A DNA stretch of 64,000 nucleotides from Asterias rubens (taxonomy: Eukaryota): positions 7,750,001-7,814,000 of the forward strand of contig NC_047076.1 in the NCBI RefSeq assembly GCF_902459465.1, read 5' to 3'. Every line of letters begins with the position of its first letter. Within the stretch, counting starts at the first letter, position 1. The position numbers and the translations under genes are program-made. Of the stretch, positions 1 to 11,965 are shown piece after piece. Under the pieces are notes generated by a model that did no database searches, had not been told where the DNA came from, and saw nothing but the letters and a program-made list of their open reading frames with translations.

Positions 1-534
1 AGGCTTTTAACCACTTTTAAAGGCAATGTATCATAGTTTTGCAGATTTTTGGAAAAACTTGGAATTCAGATTTAAGCGGGGAGGTTATTAATAATAACAT
101 ATGGAGGAAGAGAGTAACAGCAACTACACAAACTAGTAATGGCAAAATCTTTATATCTTTGATCAACAGACCTTCTTTCTGATTACTTTTTTTTTTTAAT
201 ACTTGTTGCAATATGGAAATAAATGTCCAGTTGAATTGAACAGAACTTAATGGCAATAATATGCACAATTTTTAATTTAGTGTGAAATATTTCAGGGGTT
301 TCTGTTAAGAATTTGATGACAGAAATCTCTATGAAACAAACACATCTCAAATATCAGTGCCCGCTGTATTGCGTTTTGATTTCAAACTGCCCAGCTTCTT
401 TTTTTTTAAGTCACAAATATATATATACATATAAATGAATATGAAAAAGCCTTTCTTAATCTCAACAATGCCATTTCATGATAACATGTATGTTATATGG
501 GCAATACATATTGTGGTTGATGAACAAAGACAAA

Positions 535-600
535 ATGACTGGAACAGGAATTGAATCAATGACCTCCAGATTAACGTACCGATGCTCTACCAACTAGCCC
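535..600 (-). mobile_element. Degenerate tRNA-derived SINE head
   Basis: Minus strand reads GGGCTAGTTGGTAGAGCATCGGTACGTTAATCTGGAGGTCATTGATTCAATTCCTG: A-box-like TAGTTGGTAGAGC and a decayed B box; no intact cloverleaf. Confidence 0.5.
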
Positions 601-774
601 TATGTTGTCAGTCAGTCTCTGGTATTTTGCCAACATCTTTTGCTGGAGGGGGGCGCTTGTGGTTTATTATTTTATAAAAATTGTCAGGACTTCTCCGTCT
701 TTTACTCCTAAAGTTAAGAATTATGCTTATACTGTATGAAATGGAAAAAAAAGATTTGCGTTAAACTTTACTCG

Positions 775-885
775 AATCCCACCCGAGTAAAATGCCTGTG
801 ATTTTTTTTCACAGGACTCAGGAAAGTACAGAGTATACAGTGCTACATACATCGGTGTATATGGGTAAAAACCAAAAATTAATCA
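775..885 (+). mobile_element. 5'-truncated tRNA-derived SINE (family 2)
   Basis: CGAATCCCACCCGAGTAA...GAAAGTACAGAGTATACAGTGCTA resembles the reverse-oriented copy at 58185-58280; starts in a B-box-like motif. Confidence 0.45.
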
Positions 886-1078
886 ACTTTACTTCATCGA
901 GAATAAAAAAAAGCTCTTCAGAAAAATGGATTTTATTCTGCGTCTAACTCCTTGTTTATGATCGCCTTTTCAAATTGATTCACCAGATTTGAAATGTCTG
1001 GCTGTGCTCAGTGACCTTTGGAATATACATGAATCAGAAGACATGAACTATGATATGAGACTGTAATTAATGAGGTAC

Positions 1079-1372
1079 CTGGTGACGTTGGTTGTAACGA
1101 GAACGCTGGAAGCTCATTCCCTTGTCTTCACGGTGCAACTCTTGGTAATCGTCCCTGTATGAATCACGGTAAATGCCGTCCCGAAAGAAATTATTCCGGT
1201 AAAACTCATCCGTGTGGTACATAGGCAATGGGTGCCCTGCCATGTTGCGCCGGTACAAGCTCCCTCCGTTCACATGCTGTCCTGCTCCCCTGTTGAACCG
1301 GTTACCAGTATTCCCGGGCATCTTGCTTGACCGTTGCGGAGACTGAGAGAGTGATTTCTCGCCGTTTTGCAT
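1079..1372 (-). CDS. Probable first coding exon (98 aa, R/D/Y/N/G-rich) of an unidentified gene continuing beyond the left edge
   Basis: ATG at 1372, 294-nt open frame (MQNGEKSLSQ...RDGIYRDSYRDDYQELHREDKG...NQRHQ), GC-richer than flanks, ends at in-phase donor CAG|GTACCT. Confidence 0.6.
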
Positions 1373-4182
1373 CGTAATAAATATCTCACTGATCGCTACT
1401 AGTATATAAAATCCTTTTGCGCTGAATTTAGTCTAATAAAAGTACAAAAGTTATACTCAATCCTTGAAAGTTGTTGAATACAATTGCTTCAATTTGGCAA
1501 CAATCACAAAGGAAAACAGCTCCAGGATTTGTGCAGCACAGCCTTTTTTCTTTAAAGAGAAATACTTAAAACAATGTGTTAATCTATGGCAGCATAGTAT
1601 CCAGTGATAATGCAGTACGAGGAAGTGATACAGTAGAATCACAGATCCAGGATCTTGAGTACAATCCACACTATTCCAAATGGGAAATGACAATGTCGCT
1701 TGTGAAACAGGAAGGGAAAACCTTATTGGAGTCCCTTGAACCAGTGGAAGTACACAGGAAGCCTGACCAGCTTTACATATACAGCAAACGAGAACGAGAC
1801 TATAGGCCTACTACAATGGGATGCCTTGTAATCATGACCAGTAAAAATACCAACACTCCACTTTTCTTGGTGATTAAATTTAACAAATGTATTCGGATTT
1901 TGCTGGTACCATCATGTATCATAGAAGGTCTGTCCTAAATAAAACACATAAACATCTTCAGAATTCTTGTTTTCCATCGGACCATGGTGGAAGAGATCAG
2001 AGACCTACCCACAGCTTTTTATATAACATCTTCGCTACAGAATACAGAAACTCAGAAAGAAAGAGTAAACAACATGTTCACTGCAGAATACCAATTAATT
2101 TTTGGAGAGAAAACTTCTAGGAGTTAACAGTCTGAAAGTTTGAAAATCATAACATCTCACTTCTGGCATCAGATATGAAAAAAGGTTCAGTTGAGGATAT
2201 TACCCATTGTTAAACCATGAACTTTTGTGTCATATCCCTAAATTTCTAAATGCTCAGCATTAGTATTTCTTTTGTATTTATTTATTTATATAATAATAAT
2301 AATAATAAAACCATTTATATAGCGCCTTTTCCTGAGGTTACTTATTTAAAATCTTCGGACATAAGTACATTTAAAGTTGTCTGGGTCATTACAGAGAGTG
2401 AGAAAAGTGTGAGCTGTGATGACGGTAGCTAAATGCCTTCTAATGTTGTAGACAAACAACAAGAAATTGCAACAATTCGCTTTGTCTTTATGAACACACT
2501 GTACCTCAAGAGCACACATTCTAACAGGCATGATGTTTGGTCCTTTAAAGAAACAAAATTCATCAAGTACAATGGCTGACCTATATGTACCTGTATATTT
2601 CAGGCTAATTAATATTTAAAAATCTGATCTTTCCCATGGGAAACATAGCAAAGAATATCATGCAGATATTCTATAACAAGGTTCTTCTTTCATTCAAGCA
2701 CGAAACCCCATAAATGCTACCTGATCAACAAGGGTAGAGCTTCTAAATGACGGTTCTTCTGTTATAAATCACAAAAACCACAAATACTGTCGTTACTTTA
2801 TTTAATAACTTCTATAAGACACCCAGAAAAGGAGGAATGGAAGCAGAGCTTTTAGATGGAGAATCTCTTTTTGAGGAGGAGAGGGTAATTCATTGAACTC
2901 AAGTACACGATACTACTACTACCTCTCAACTAATATTTGTGGAGGATTCCCCGGAGTATGTCGTCAGTTCATTGTCTCCCCCCGCGGGCCCCGAACAGAG
3001 TGTTTCGCATTTACGGCCATCAGGCTGCGCGGATGCAAAGCCATGAATCCCCTCTTAAACGTGTCAGACATTAATGGCATCATGAGGTCAGAAGTTAAAA
3101 GCAGATTCGTCTCCTCCAGCTTGTCTTTCAGGCGCTGGGTCTTTTTTTTCGACTAAGAGGTCTTTTTTTAGCCAACTATGGAATATTTTCCCGCGCCGAA
3201 TGGGTCGACTAAGAAAATATGTAGAATTATCTAATGTTCCCACTGCAATCTGAGAGGAAATCGGATTATTTCTTGTGAATGTTTAGATAGATACTCGAGC
3301 TGAGGATGGAATAGATCGATAACAAATATAAAGGAGGATTTTATAGGAAACCCAAGATATTTTTTAACCATATCTGCAGTAAAATTCAACATGGAGCATA
3401 TTGAAGGAAATTGGTCGAACTATAATGATACACGCATTCCAAACATGATATTCTTTATATGGATTCTGGTTGATAAATCTCTGAGTTTCGTTTTTCAGCT
3501 ATTTCGTTTGACCCACCCACCCACAATTTCTAAAACAGATAGAATTTTTTTTTCAGAATGGCCCCAAATTACACTCTACTGAATACTACATTACCTTCCC
3601 TCATGTGAAAATGTCCACTAGGAAAGATATAGATACATGAGCAACATTTGAAAGAGAAGTATGAATGTTGCAAAGGGCAGACGCTGCATTATCTGGTGGA
3701 AATGAACTAGCTTTGAAGTACACTTAATGCCATCGGACAGTAATCAAACCTGATGCTTTTACCGTGACCTTTTAAGAGGGCACATGCATCTTACACAAAA
3801 CAGGAAGATTGATCATGTAGGGGCCTATAAGAAACCTTTCTACAAAAGATTCTTTCTTTCCTTGAGCCATCATGACTCTTCCTTCCGTCTTCTGCTGAGC
3901 ATTTTAAACTTTCTCCTGAAGGTATGGAATCTATGGTGCTATTAAAGATGCTACAGTGTAGGTCCGATTTATGGCCAATTTAACCCAAAAATTTAATTTA
4001 AAAATATGATAGATTTGAGAAATCAGGTGAGGTTTGTGCGAAGTGTTGGTTCTAAAAACAACTGGTGGTTGACAACTGAACATTTCGATCAGTGTCTTCA
4101 TTAATAGAGGCGATTTTTATAAACTTGAGAAAGTTTTAAGTGTTCATTTAAGGTATTGTACGAAAAAATCTGCCAATGTTAA

Positions 4183-4573
4183 AGGCAGTGGACACTGTTG
4201 GTAATTACTCAAAATAATTATTAACATTAAACCTTTCTTGATTATGAGTAATTGGGAGAGGTTGATAGTATAAAACATTGTGAGAAACAGCTCCCTCTGA
4301 AGTGACGTAGTTTTTGAGAAAGAAGTAATTTTCCACGAATTTGATTTTGAGACCTCAGATTTAGAATTTGAGGTCTAGAAATCCAGCACCTGAAAGCACA
4401 CAACTTCGTGTGACCATGATGCAGCACGGGTGTTTTTTTTCTTTAATTATTATCTCGCAACTTCGACGACCGATTGAGCTCTAATTTTCACAGGTTTGTT
4501 ATTTTATGCATATGTTGAGATACACCAACTGTGAAGACTAGTCTTTGACAATTACCAATAGTGTCCAGTGTCT
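4183..4573. mobile_element. Non-autonomous TTAA DNA transposon, MITE family A (Kolobok-type termini)
   Basis: TTAA|AGGCAGTGGACACTGTTGGTAATT ... AATTACCAATAGTGTCCAGTGTCT|TTAA; ~24-bp TIR, TTAA TSD, AG..CT ends fit Kolobok (RR..YY) rather than piggyBac (YY..RR). Confidence 0.85.
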
Positions 4574-4577
4574 TTAA

Positions 4578-4930
4578 AGCCATTGGACCCTTTCGGTACA
4601 GAAAGAAGAAGAAAAAAGTTCACAGATTTACAAATAACTTACAGGGTTTACAGAAGGTAGTGGTGAAAGACTTCTCTTGAAATATTATTCCATGAAATGC
4701 TTTACTTTTTGAGAAAACAGTAAAACAATATCAATTCTCGATATCGAAAATTTTGGATTTATTTTAAACACATGTCATGACACATCGAAACGTGCGGATA
4801 CAAGGGTGGGTTTTCCAGTTATTTTCTTCCGACTTCGATGACCGATTGAGCCTAAATTTTCACAGGTTTGTTATTTCATACAGAAGTGTGGGCCTTGGAC
4901 AATACTGTTTACCGACAGGGTCCAATGGCT
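4578..4930. mobile_element. TTAA MITE family B
   Basis: TTAA|AGCCATTGGACCCTTTCGGTA ... TACCGACAGGGGTCCAATGGCT; homologous internal sequence at 14553-14913 and 20348-20744; shares its left TTAA with the family A copy. Confidence 0.75.
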
Positions 4931-6130
4931 TTCAGTGGTAGTTAATTACAAAACTAAAAATAAATTTTGGGGATCCCAATATAACATCACCATCAGTCGT
5001 GTACAAAAAGATAATTCGCATTTTATAAATAAATTGTGCATTGAACAAGTGGCATAACATTTTGTATGATTTTCATTTTGCAACAGCATTATCTGTCAAG
5101 ATTTGTTCAAAACAAATTTTGTAATTACTGGTTTTGTTAGTCTTTCAGTGAAAATTGGGCCATGCAACTTTAATCGTGTTTTATCATATCTCATTTCAGA
5201 TAAAATGAAATGCCAACCTGACAATCACCAAACTATAATAAGTGACTTGGAGACAGATCTCTGGGGACATACAGAAGTCAGTCTGGTCAATTTTTTGGTC
5301 TCCAGAGGATCGACAAGACCCTTTCTCCCTTATTTCTTATTTATTTATACATTTTTTCAAGATGTGTGCAAATCCTTCTCCAGCTCCATTAGTTTGTACA
5401 CGTGCATACGGTGGGACAAAATTCATGCATTTTAACAAGGCTTCTTTGCTATTTAGATTTCTAAATTTAAAAAACCTGGCAGGTGATTCCACCTCACACT
5501 GTTTTATATTTGATGTCCAAAGAGATGGATGTTGTTTCTTTTTGAACTGCTGCCATTTCTGGTGTTCGTTTGCTTTGTATCTGCTAGCGTTCCCAGGGTA
5601 TTTTTAGGTCTTTACAGTTTGGATGCAAATGAGTTCAAAGCAATGTTTTGATTGGCAAAATGAGAAAGTTAATTTGAGATAGACAAACAATATACTTTTA
5701 TGCCAATTTTCTTGAAATATGAAAAGCTGGTCATTGACTCGTTTTTTTGTAAGTTCATTTTCTATGCTTTTTACTTCATTATTTTATCTAGTCGAGGGCT
5801 TACACTTTTATGACAATCACAACAACTTATAACCATTTAGTTACCAGTAAGTTCCATGAAATCATTACAAAATGCCCAAATATTGGCTAATATTTACAAC
5901 AAATTTCATGTACAAATGACATGGGAAAAGAAACATATAACCAGTGTTGTAGCTATCTGACCAATTTTAGTGGTAAAAAATGTTTAGTTCTGGGCAGGCC
6001 TGCCCAGCTACAACACTGAATACAACAATAATATTGAGACATTTTTTACTCGTAAATACAGGAGGCTCTCTATGTGCAACAAATAACATAAAATAAAGCA
6101 AAAGTCAGGGTGACAAAAATAAAGATTTAT

Positions 6131-6167
6131 CCTTCGAGAAAGACTCTGCTAGGGTCAAAACGTCAGG
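6131..6167 (+). other. Degenerate minimal hammerhead-ribozyme-like motif (Penelope-type terminal repeat relic)
   Basis: CCT-TCGAGAAA-GACTCT-GCT-AGGGTC-AAAA-CGTC-AGG: stem I, stem II and minimal stem III layout present, but the CUGANGA and GAAA cores are mutated. Confidence 0.35.
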
Positions 6168-7708
6168 CCATTAACTATTTTGTTCAATTATACCCTCGGT
6201 CCTTTTGGTTGGTATGTAAGTTACTTGCAACAGCTGATCCTATTTTCTCAAAAATAAAGATTCAAACAAATGAGTCTTTAAAAATCTTAAGAGACTCAGC
6301 TTGGCGAATCTGAAGGGGTAAGTTGTTCCATAACGAAGGTGCAATAAAGTGGAAGGCTCTTTGACCCTATAATTGAATGGAAATGTAGTCTGCGTCATTA
6401 GGGACTGGACAGCAGAACGACGAGGACAAAGGAACAGGAACATACTTATGTAGAAGATCAGCTGTCAATTTCCCTAAACTCTTCCTAACTTAGGATTAAT
6501 CTTAGTACTCAGGACGAGTTAAGTTCCACATCCATAGACTTTAGGACGCAATGAACCCATCCTCAGTTAGAACGGGTTACTCTCCCTAACTCGAGATAGG
6601 ATTAATCCTAGCGTTTCGTGAATCTGCAGATAGACAGAGCACCAGTTTTGTTTAAGAAACAAACAAAGAATGTCAACGTGTGAAATATTGGGAAACCAGT
6701 TCAGGAAATGATCTTTACTTTAGCCCTTTTGATTCAGAGGCAGTGGGTCAAGTGGTGTGGCCATAAGCGCTCTAGCCATTTTGGCACAAGCCTCTTGTGT
6801 CCGCTATTATCTCTAAAGGGATACACACTCTAGATATTTTGTGGGTTTTTTTGCTGATTTATCTTTCAAACCTGATCCAGATATAAACAACGACAAAAAT
6901 CAAACCAGTACAGACAGGTCCAAGAGTCAGGATGTCACAACCGACCAAATTAAATTAAATCAAGAGTCCAGAAGATTAAAATCAAAACTATGTCGAGTCC
7001 TTGCCACGTTTGTGTCTCTCCAGAGAACAAGTACAGAAAAGAAAAAAAACATCAATTTCGCACGGATGTCCCCGGGCCTCCCCCTTGCAAGCATCTTTTA
7101 CATGATCTCATTACCTAATATATTTGTTTCTGATTTGCAGGGGGTAAAATAAGGGGAAAAGGGGGGGGAGCGATGTGTACTGCGTGATTGCTTCCAGGGT
7201 TAATTCTAACCAAACTGCCTGAGGTGACAACTGGAGGAGATGCATCCTTCAGTGGGTTGACAAAACACGGGAAATTGCATCATGTCCAATTTAGCTCTGG
7301 TGTCTCGAGTCTCGCAGTCTAAAATTATTCGTCTTCTTTTTTTTCTTTCGAAGTGCCTCCAAAAAAATCAGATTGCACACGGATGTTACAAGGGGTTTTC
7401 TTTGCTTAAACAAATCTTATATCGTGAAGCTGAGAGATTTGTTAGACGGGCAGATCCTGCATGATAAACACAGCCACTGTAGGTGATACTCCTAGATTGT
7501 ACTCGGACCAATGCCTCCTGCGGGCATGATCGGTATCAAGACATTTCTAAAGTGTATTTGGTGTCATGATGACACAGCAGTCTGTAATGGTGAAGCTGTG
7601 AATTGCAATGAATTCATGAACAGGTCATAGTTTCTTTAACGGCATTTTACCTCATCTCAATTTGTTGAGAGTAAACCGACCTACTTTGTCAACAACAACA
7701 ATTGATCA

Positions 7709-7720
7709 TTACATGTGTAC
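7709..7720 (-). CDS. Terminal coding exon (VHM*) of the large minus-strand gene; 3' UTR continues leftwards
   Basis: Acceptor gcttttacag|GTA CAC ATG TAA; 110-nt GT-AG intron (7721-7830) to the preceding exon, phase 0. Confidence 0.65.
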   Translation of the reverse strand, partial: VHM

Positions 7721-7830
7721 CTGTAAAAGCAAAACTAACTTCTCCACCCTGTTAAGCCTCAAAACATCCATTGATCTTTGCCTTCATACATTATGGATAA
7801 TTTGACATTTTCAAGAAAGTGTTGACTTAC

Positions 7831-8079
7831 CACACTTGGAGGCGTGTGTGACGTGTAAGCGGGATAAGGCTGGGGCTGAGGTTGATAGCGAGCTCCTCCA
7901 TGGGGCGAAACAGATTGCGCCACCCCACCGTGGGGTACCACAGATTGACGAGGGAAGAACTGTGTCCATCCTTGTGTGGCTGCAGTAGCTGCTGCAACTG
8001 CAGCCTGGTTCTGCCACAGGATTGGGTGGTGGGTTTGTGGGGACATGGCACGTTTGGCGACATAAGGTATTCTCTGTTG
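7831..8079 (-). CDS. Penultimate coding exon (83 aa, Q/A/P-rich: QQRIPYVAKRAMSPQTHH...QAAVAAATAATQGW...YQPQPQPYPAYTSHTPPSV)
   Basis: Acceptor ttgcatcctatag|CAA, donor GTG|GTAAGT, 249 nt phase 0-0, GC-rich island. Confidence 0.8.
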
Positions 8080-9086
8080 CTATAGGATGCAATAAGAAAT
8101 ACAAAGTTAAGAAATATAAGCTGAGAAATGAAACATGAAATCTTCATTCCATATGGTGCATTTGGGGATAAAGTGTTAAAATTAAATTTAAAAAAACTGC
8201 TAAAAACTTTATAAGAGTACAGTTAATTATTTTGACTTGACACCAGGGGAAATGTTACAGGCAACCAGTTCCAGGCAATCACAAGAACCAAAAGACATTC
8301 ACATCTCAATGTCAACATGATTTTCTTGGGAACAGTAAGATAATTTTGAAAAAATGTCCCTCATGTTTACTTCGCATGCTGTCAAGTTGCCTGTAAAAAC
8401 AGCCATGTGTGACAAAGCCTACGAAATTAATTTATTTGAAAAAAATATAGGAATGATGCACCACTACTTTAAAAACTGACTTTGACCAAAATTAATAGAG
8501 ACTTGACTTTTCTTTCCACAGCAGCCTTGGGTGTATAAAACAATAAAACCCAAATACCATCCAGGGTTCCGTAATACCATGGAGGTAGATTATGACTTGA
8601 ATTGATTAGGATGGGAACAAAGCTACACCATATATGAACATTTGCCCTAAAGGGATACTGGGTTAACTGCAATGTCCTATATTATTATTTTCACAACAAT
8701 GTAAGACCAATAATAAAACCCAGAACTCCTCGAGGAGAGAGAGCAAACAAAGTAGGTTAAAAGCATAGGCTCAATAATACAATAGTCAATAACAAATTGA
8801 AGTAACTAACATCCGGAATAACTTATGACACCTGTCACATTTAAAGCATATTTAGACAGAGTGAAAAATGTGTTGAATGTAAACCCATGGTAATACAGGA
8901 AAAGGTGACCCAACATGTAAGGTACACAGGGATGAATCAAATTTGTACAATGGAATTCCTGCGAGCAGACACTGTTATTACTGTTATTATTATCAGCAGC
9001 TTGTTGTATTTCCCCTTAAGGGCAAGGTACATCAGTGGTTTCTTGGATAGAACATTTTTCTTCAATTCAATCCCTTTCACACTTAA

Positions 9087-9439
9087 AGGATTTGGGTACC
9101 TTTTCAAAATGTCCATAGATTTACATTAAACTTATAGGGTTTGAAGATAATGATAGTGGAAAGCTTCCCTTCAAATATTACTTACTGAGGTGATGTAGTT
9201 TTTGAGAAATGAGTAAAACAATGTCATGAAAATGCGTTTGTAAATAATTAAAATAATTTTCGTCTCATGAGACGAAAGATATTTTAATGACATTGTTTTA
9301 CTCATTTCCCCAAAACTACAGCACCTCAGCACGTAATATTTTCAGGGAAGCTTTCTACTATCATCATCTTCAAACTGTGTAAGTTTAGTGTAAATCTGTG
9401 GACATTGTGTTTTTTGTCTACAAAAGTTACATAGACCCT
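9087..9439. mobile_element. TTAA MITE, family C (imperfect TIRs)
   Basis: TTAA|AGGATTTGGGTAC ... GTTACATAGACCCT|TTAA, with long internal inverted similarity (CCATAGATTTACATTAAACTTA / TAAGTTTAGTGTAAATCTGTGG). Confidence 0.6.
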
Positions 9440-9639
9440 TTAAGATGAATTTCCCATGGAATTCCCAGGAAAGTTGGACGACCTATTCACACATGAAAAG
9501 CTTGACCTTGCAAACTCCCAGGGAAATAGCCATTACATAGGAAATACTAACCCCTCACTGGGAGCAGGGAAAAAGCCCTTTTCACACTCTAACCCAGCAC
9601 ATAGGCACATACCCCCAGAAAATAGCCACCCCTGCTTAA

Positions 9640-9950
9640 AGGCAGTGGACACTATTGGTAATTACTCAAAATAGTTATTGGCATAAAACCTTTCTTTGTG
9701 TTTTTGAGAAATAAGTAATTTACCTTGAATTTGATTTCGAGACCTCAGATTTAGAACTTGAGGTCTCAAAATCAACCATCTAAACGCACACAGCTTCGTG
9801 TGACAAGGGTTATTTTTCTTTTATTATTATCTCGCAACTTCGATGACCGATTGAGCTCAAATTTTCACAGGTTTTTTATTTTATGCATATGTTGAGATAC
9901 ACCATCTGTGAAGGCTAGTCTTTGACAATTACCAATAGTGTCTACTGCAT
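9640..9950. mobile_element. MITE family A, internally deleted copy
   Basis: TTAA|AGGCAGTGGACACTATTGG ... CCAATAGTGTCTACTGCAT|TTAA; lacks about 70 bp relative to the ~380-bp copies. Confidence 0.85.
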
Positions 9951-10416
9951 TTAAACCCTAGGGTATACTCAAAATGTGCAGCCAAAACTCTTTGGAATAG
10001 GGAGGCAGTGTGAAAGTGTGACAGGGAAACCATTGGGTAAAAAAAACTACTGGGGCCTTCCCAGGGCTGTTTTCCATGTGGATAAGAAGAGAAGAGATAC
10101 AGTGTAAATAGGGCTCTTGGCAAGATTTCAGTGTTCATTCTTGTCAAGTAAATTGTGTGAAAATCTTCCCAAATTCTGTTGGTTTTGTCTCATGGGCAAT
10201 AGCTCTATGAAACAGCATAAACATGTACATAGCTATTTTCTAAAGACATTAAATTATTATCAAATTCCCAAATGATTTGTTTCGGACTGAAAGCTTACTA
10301 ACTAAGTTGATGAAACTAGTACTATGTACAAATCCTCAAGAGAAATGTTTCAATTTGAAAAACTGTCCCAAGCAAAAACAAATAGCGTGTTTAGATTCCC
10401 CCAAATCCATTATTAA

Positions 10417-10971
10417 GGGAATCAATGTGTGGTGAAGAGGTTTTCAACTAGTGGTTTAATCCCAAGGCAGCCTGGTTCTTGATAATTTTACCGAGAAGAA
10501 GCCAAGGTAAATTATCAAGAACCAGGACTCGACGGGTTTAAACCACTAGTTGAAAACCGATTCAACACAATTTGATTCCCATTCATAAATAGCTTTTCAG
10601 TCAAAAACATCAACAATTTTGGTCAAAAAGTAAAATAAATGCAAAAATTTTAATTGTTCAATGATTTCTTTCAACACAACACCCCTCCAGCTAGATGAAA
10701 TGGTAAATCCCTCCGCCGCCCTCGGGTAAACAACTCCTTATAAGGGAATGCTGTGCGCGTCGCACGTATCGCATGATGTGGCACAACTGTTTCAGCCGTT
10801 GCTCTCGACCAATAGGAATGAAGAAACTGTCTTATAAGAACAGGTGCAAGCTCACGTGTCAGGCCCATGTTTCAACACTTTTTACTGGTGTTATATCATC
10901 TGTTCAAACAACCCCTCGTGATGCCTTCTCGACCAATCAGAACGGATAAACTGTCTTAGGTATTCATGAAT
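10417..10971. mobile_element. Hairpin element P1 (unclassified)
   Basis: ~75-bp inverted arms 10417-10492 / 10506-10580, followed by a segment bounded by ATTCATAAATA (10581) and TATTCATGAAT (10971) with two TCTCGACCAAT..AAACTGTCTTA motifs; deleted relative at ~19712-19800. Confidence 0.6.
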
Positions 10972-11965
10972 GTTTATTTCAGTAGCGGAAATAGAATTCA
11001 GCATAGACATTTCTATTGAATGTCACAGCCCTGGTTATTGCCTGACAAGGTTGGAAACAAAAACAGATAGCTACTCAGCTCAGTCTATTTATCAACAACA
11101 GAAAGGTCTATAATGCCCATGAAATCCATGTCAAAATAAACACCGTTTTTCATTGGCGACCCAATTATAGACCCAATTTGATGACATTTTTACAAGTTGG
11201 TCAGATTGTGTATTCATTGAAACATAGTGGATGGACTTTTATTCAAATCAAGGATCTTGTATCTATGTACTCACTTATTGTAACAAAAGATGCAGCTTTC
11301 TGCTGAAATCATCATTATAGTGCAATGTGACCCTAGGCCCCACCCTTTTCCCCATCTCCAAGAAATGAATAGTGGTGCATCTGGGCATTGAATTGGAGTG
11401 ATGGACTGGAAGAGGAAAGGAAAGGGCCAAATCTCTTTCTTCTTTTTAATGACCCAGTTCATCAAGGATGCAGCCTGCTTGATCCTATCTAATTTATCAT
11501 CTTCAGTGTGTGAGGGATGGTAAGGAGCAAGTCTCACTAAGACTGGCTTAAGATTTCGTCTAGACGTTATCGCTGTAGTTTTTCTCTTTATTTGCACAGA
11601 CATGGCTGGCTTGCACTAATGACTCATGCAAATCTGGCCCCAATTTCATCTAGCTACACAAGAATCTCACTTAGATCCGAAAACAAGCTTCACGTTGAAC
11701 TCGTATATTATTTAGGACAAGGCCTCAGTTTCGAAAAGGTGCTTAATTAAGAACAAAAAATTGCTAAGCCCAACAAATACTATGATAACTAGGATAAGGT
11801 TACCAACCAAAGTAATTGTCACATCAAAGACATTTGAATGTAGCATTCATGACTGGTATCTTGCATATTTTTCTTCAGAAATATTGTATTTCTGCAAAAG
11901 CAACTCTGTGAAATTGGGCCAAGTTCCCTTCAAATTTCTTGGTTGAGAGTCAACGCTGATGAGCA

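Noticed and set aside
3784-3921. + strand MHLTQ...RFFLSLSHHDSSFRLLLSILNFLLK with donor AAG|GTATGG, faintly like the KCNT/Slo2 N-terminus
   Set aside because: No downstream channel exons found in frame; the resemblance is too short to support.
8522-8584. + strand exon-like segment (ttttctttccacag|QPWVYKTIKPKYHPGFRNTME|gtagat)
   Set aside because: Isolated, antisense within another gene's intron, weak donor, no partner exons.
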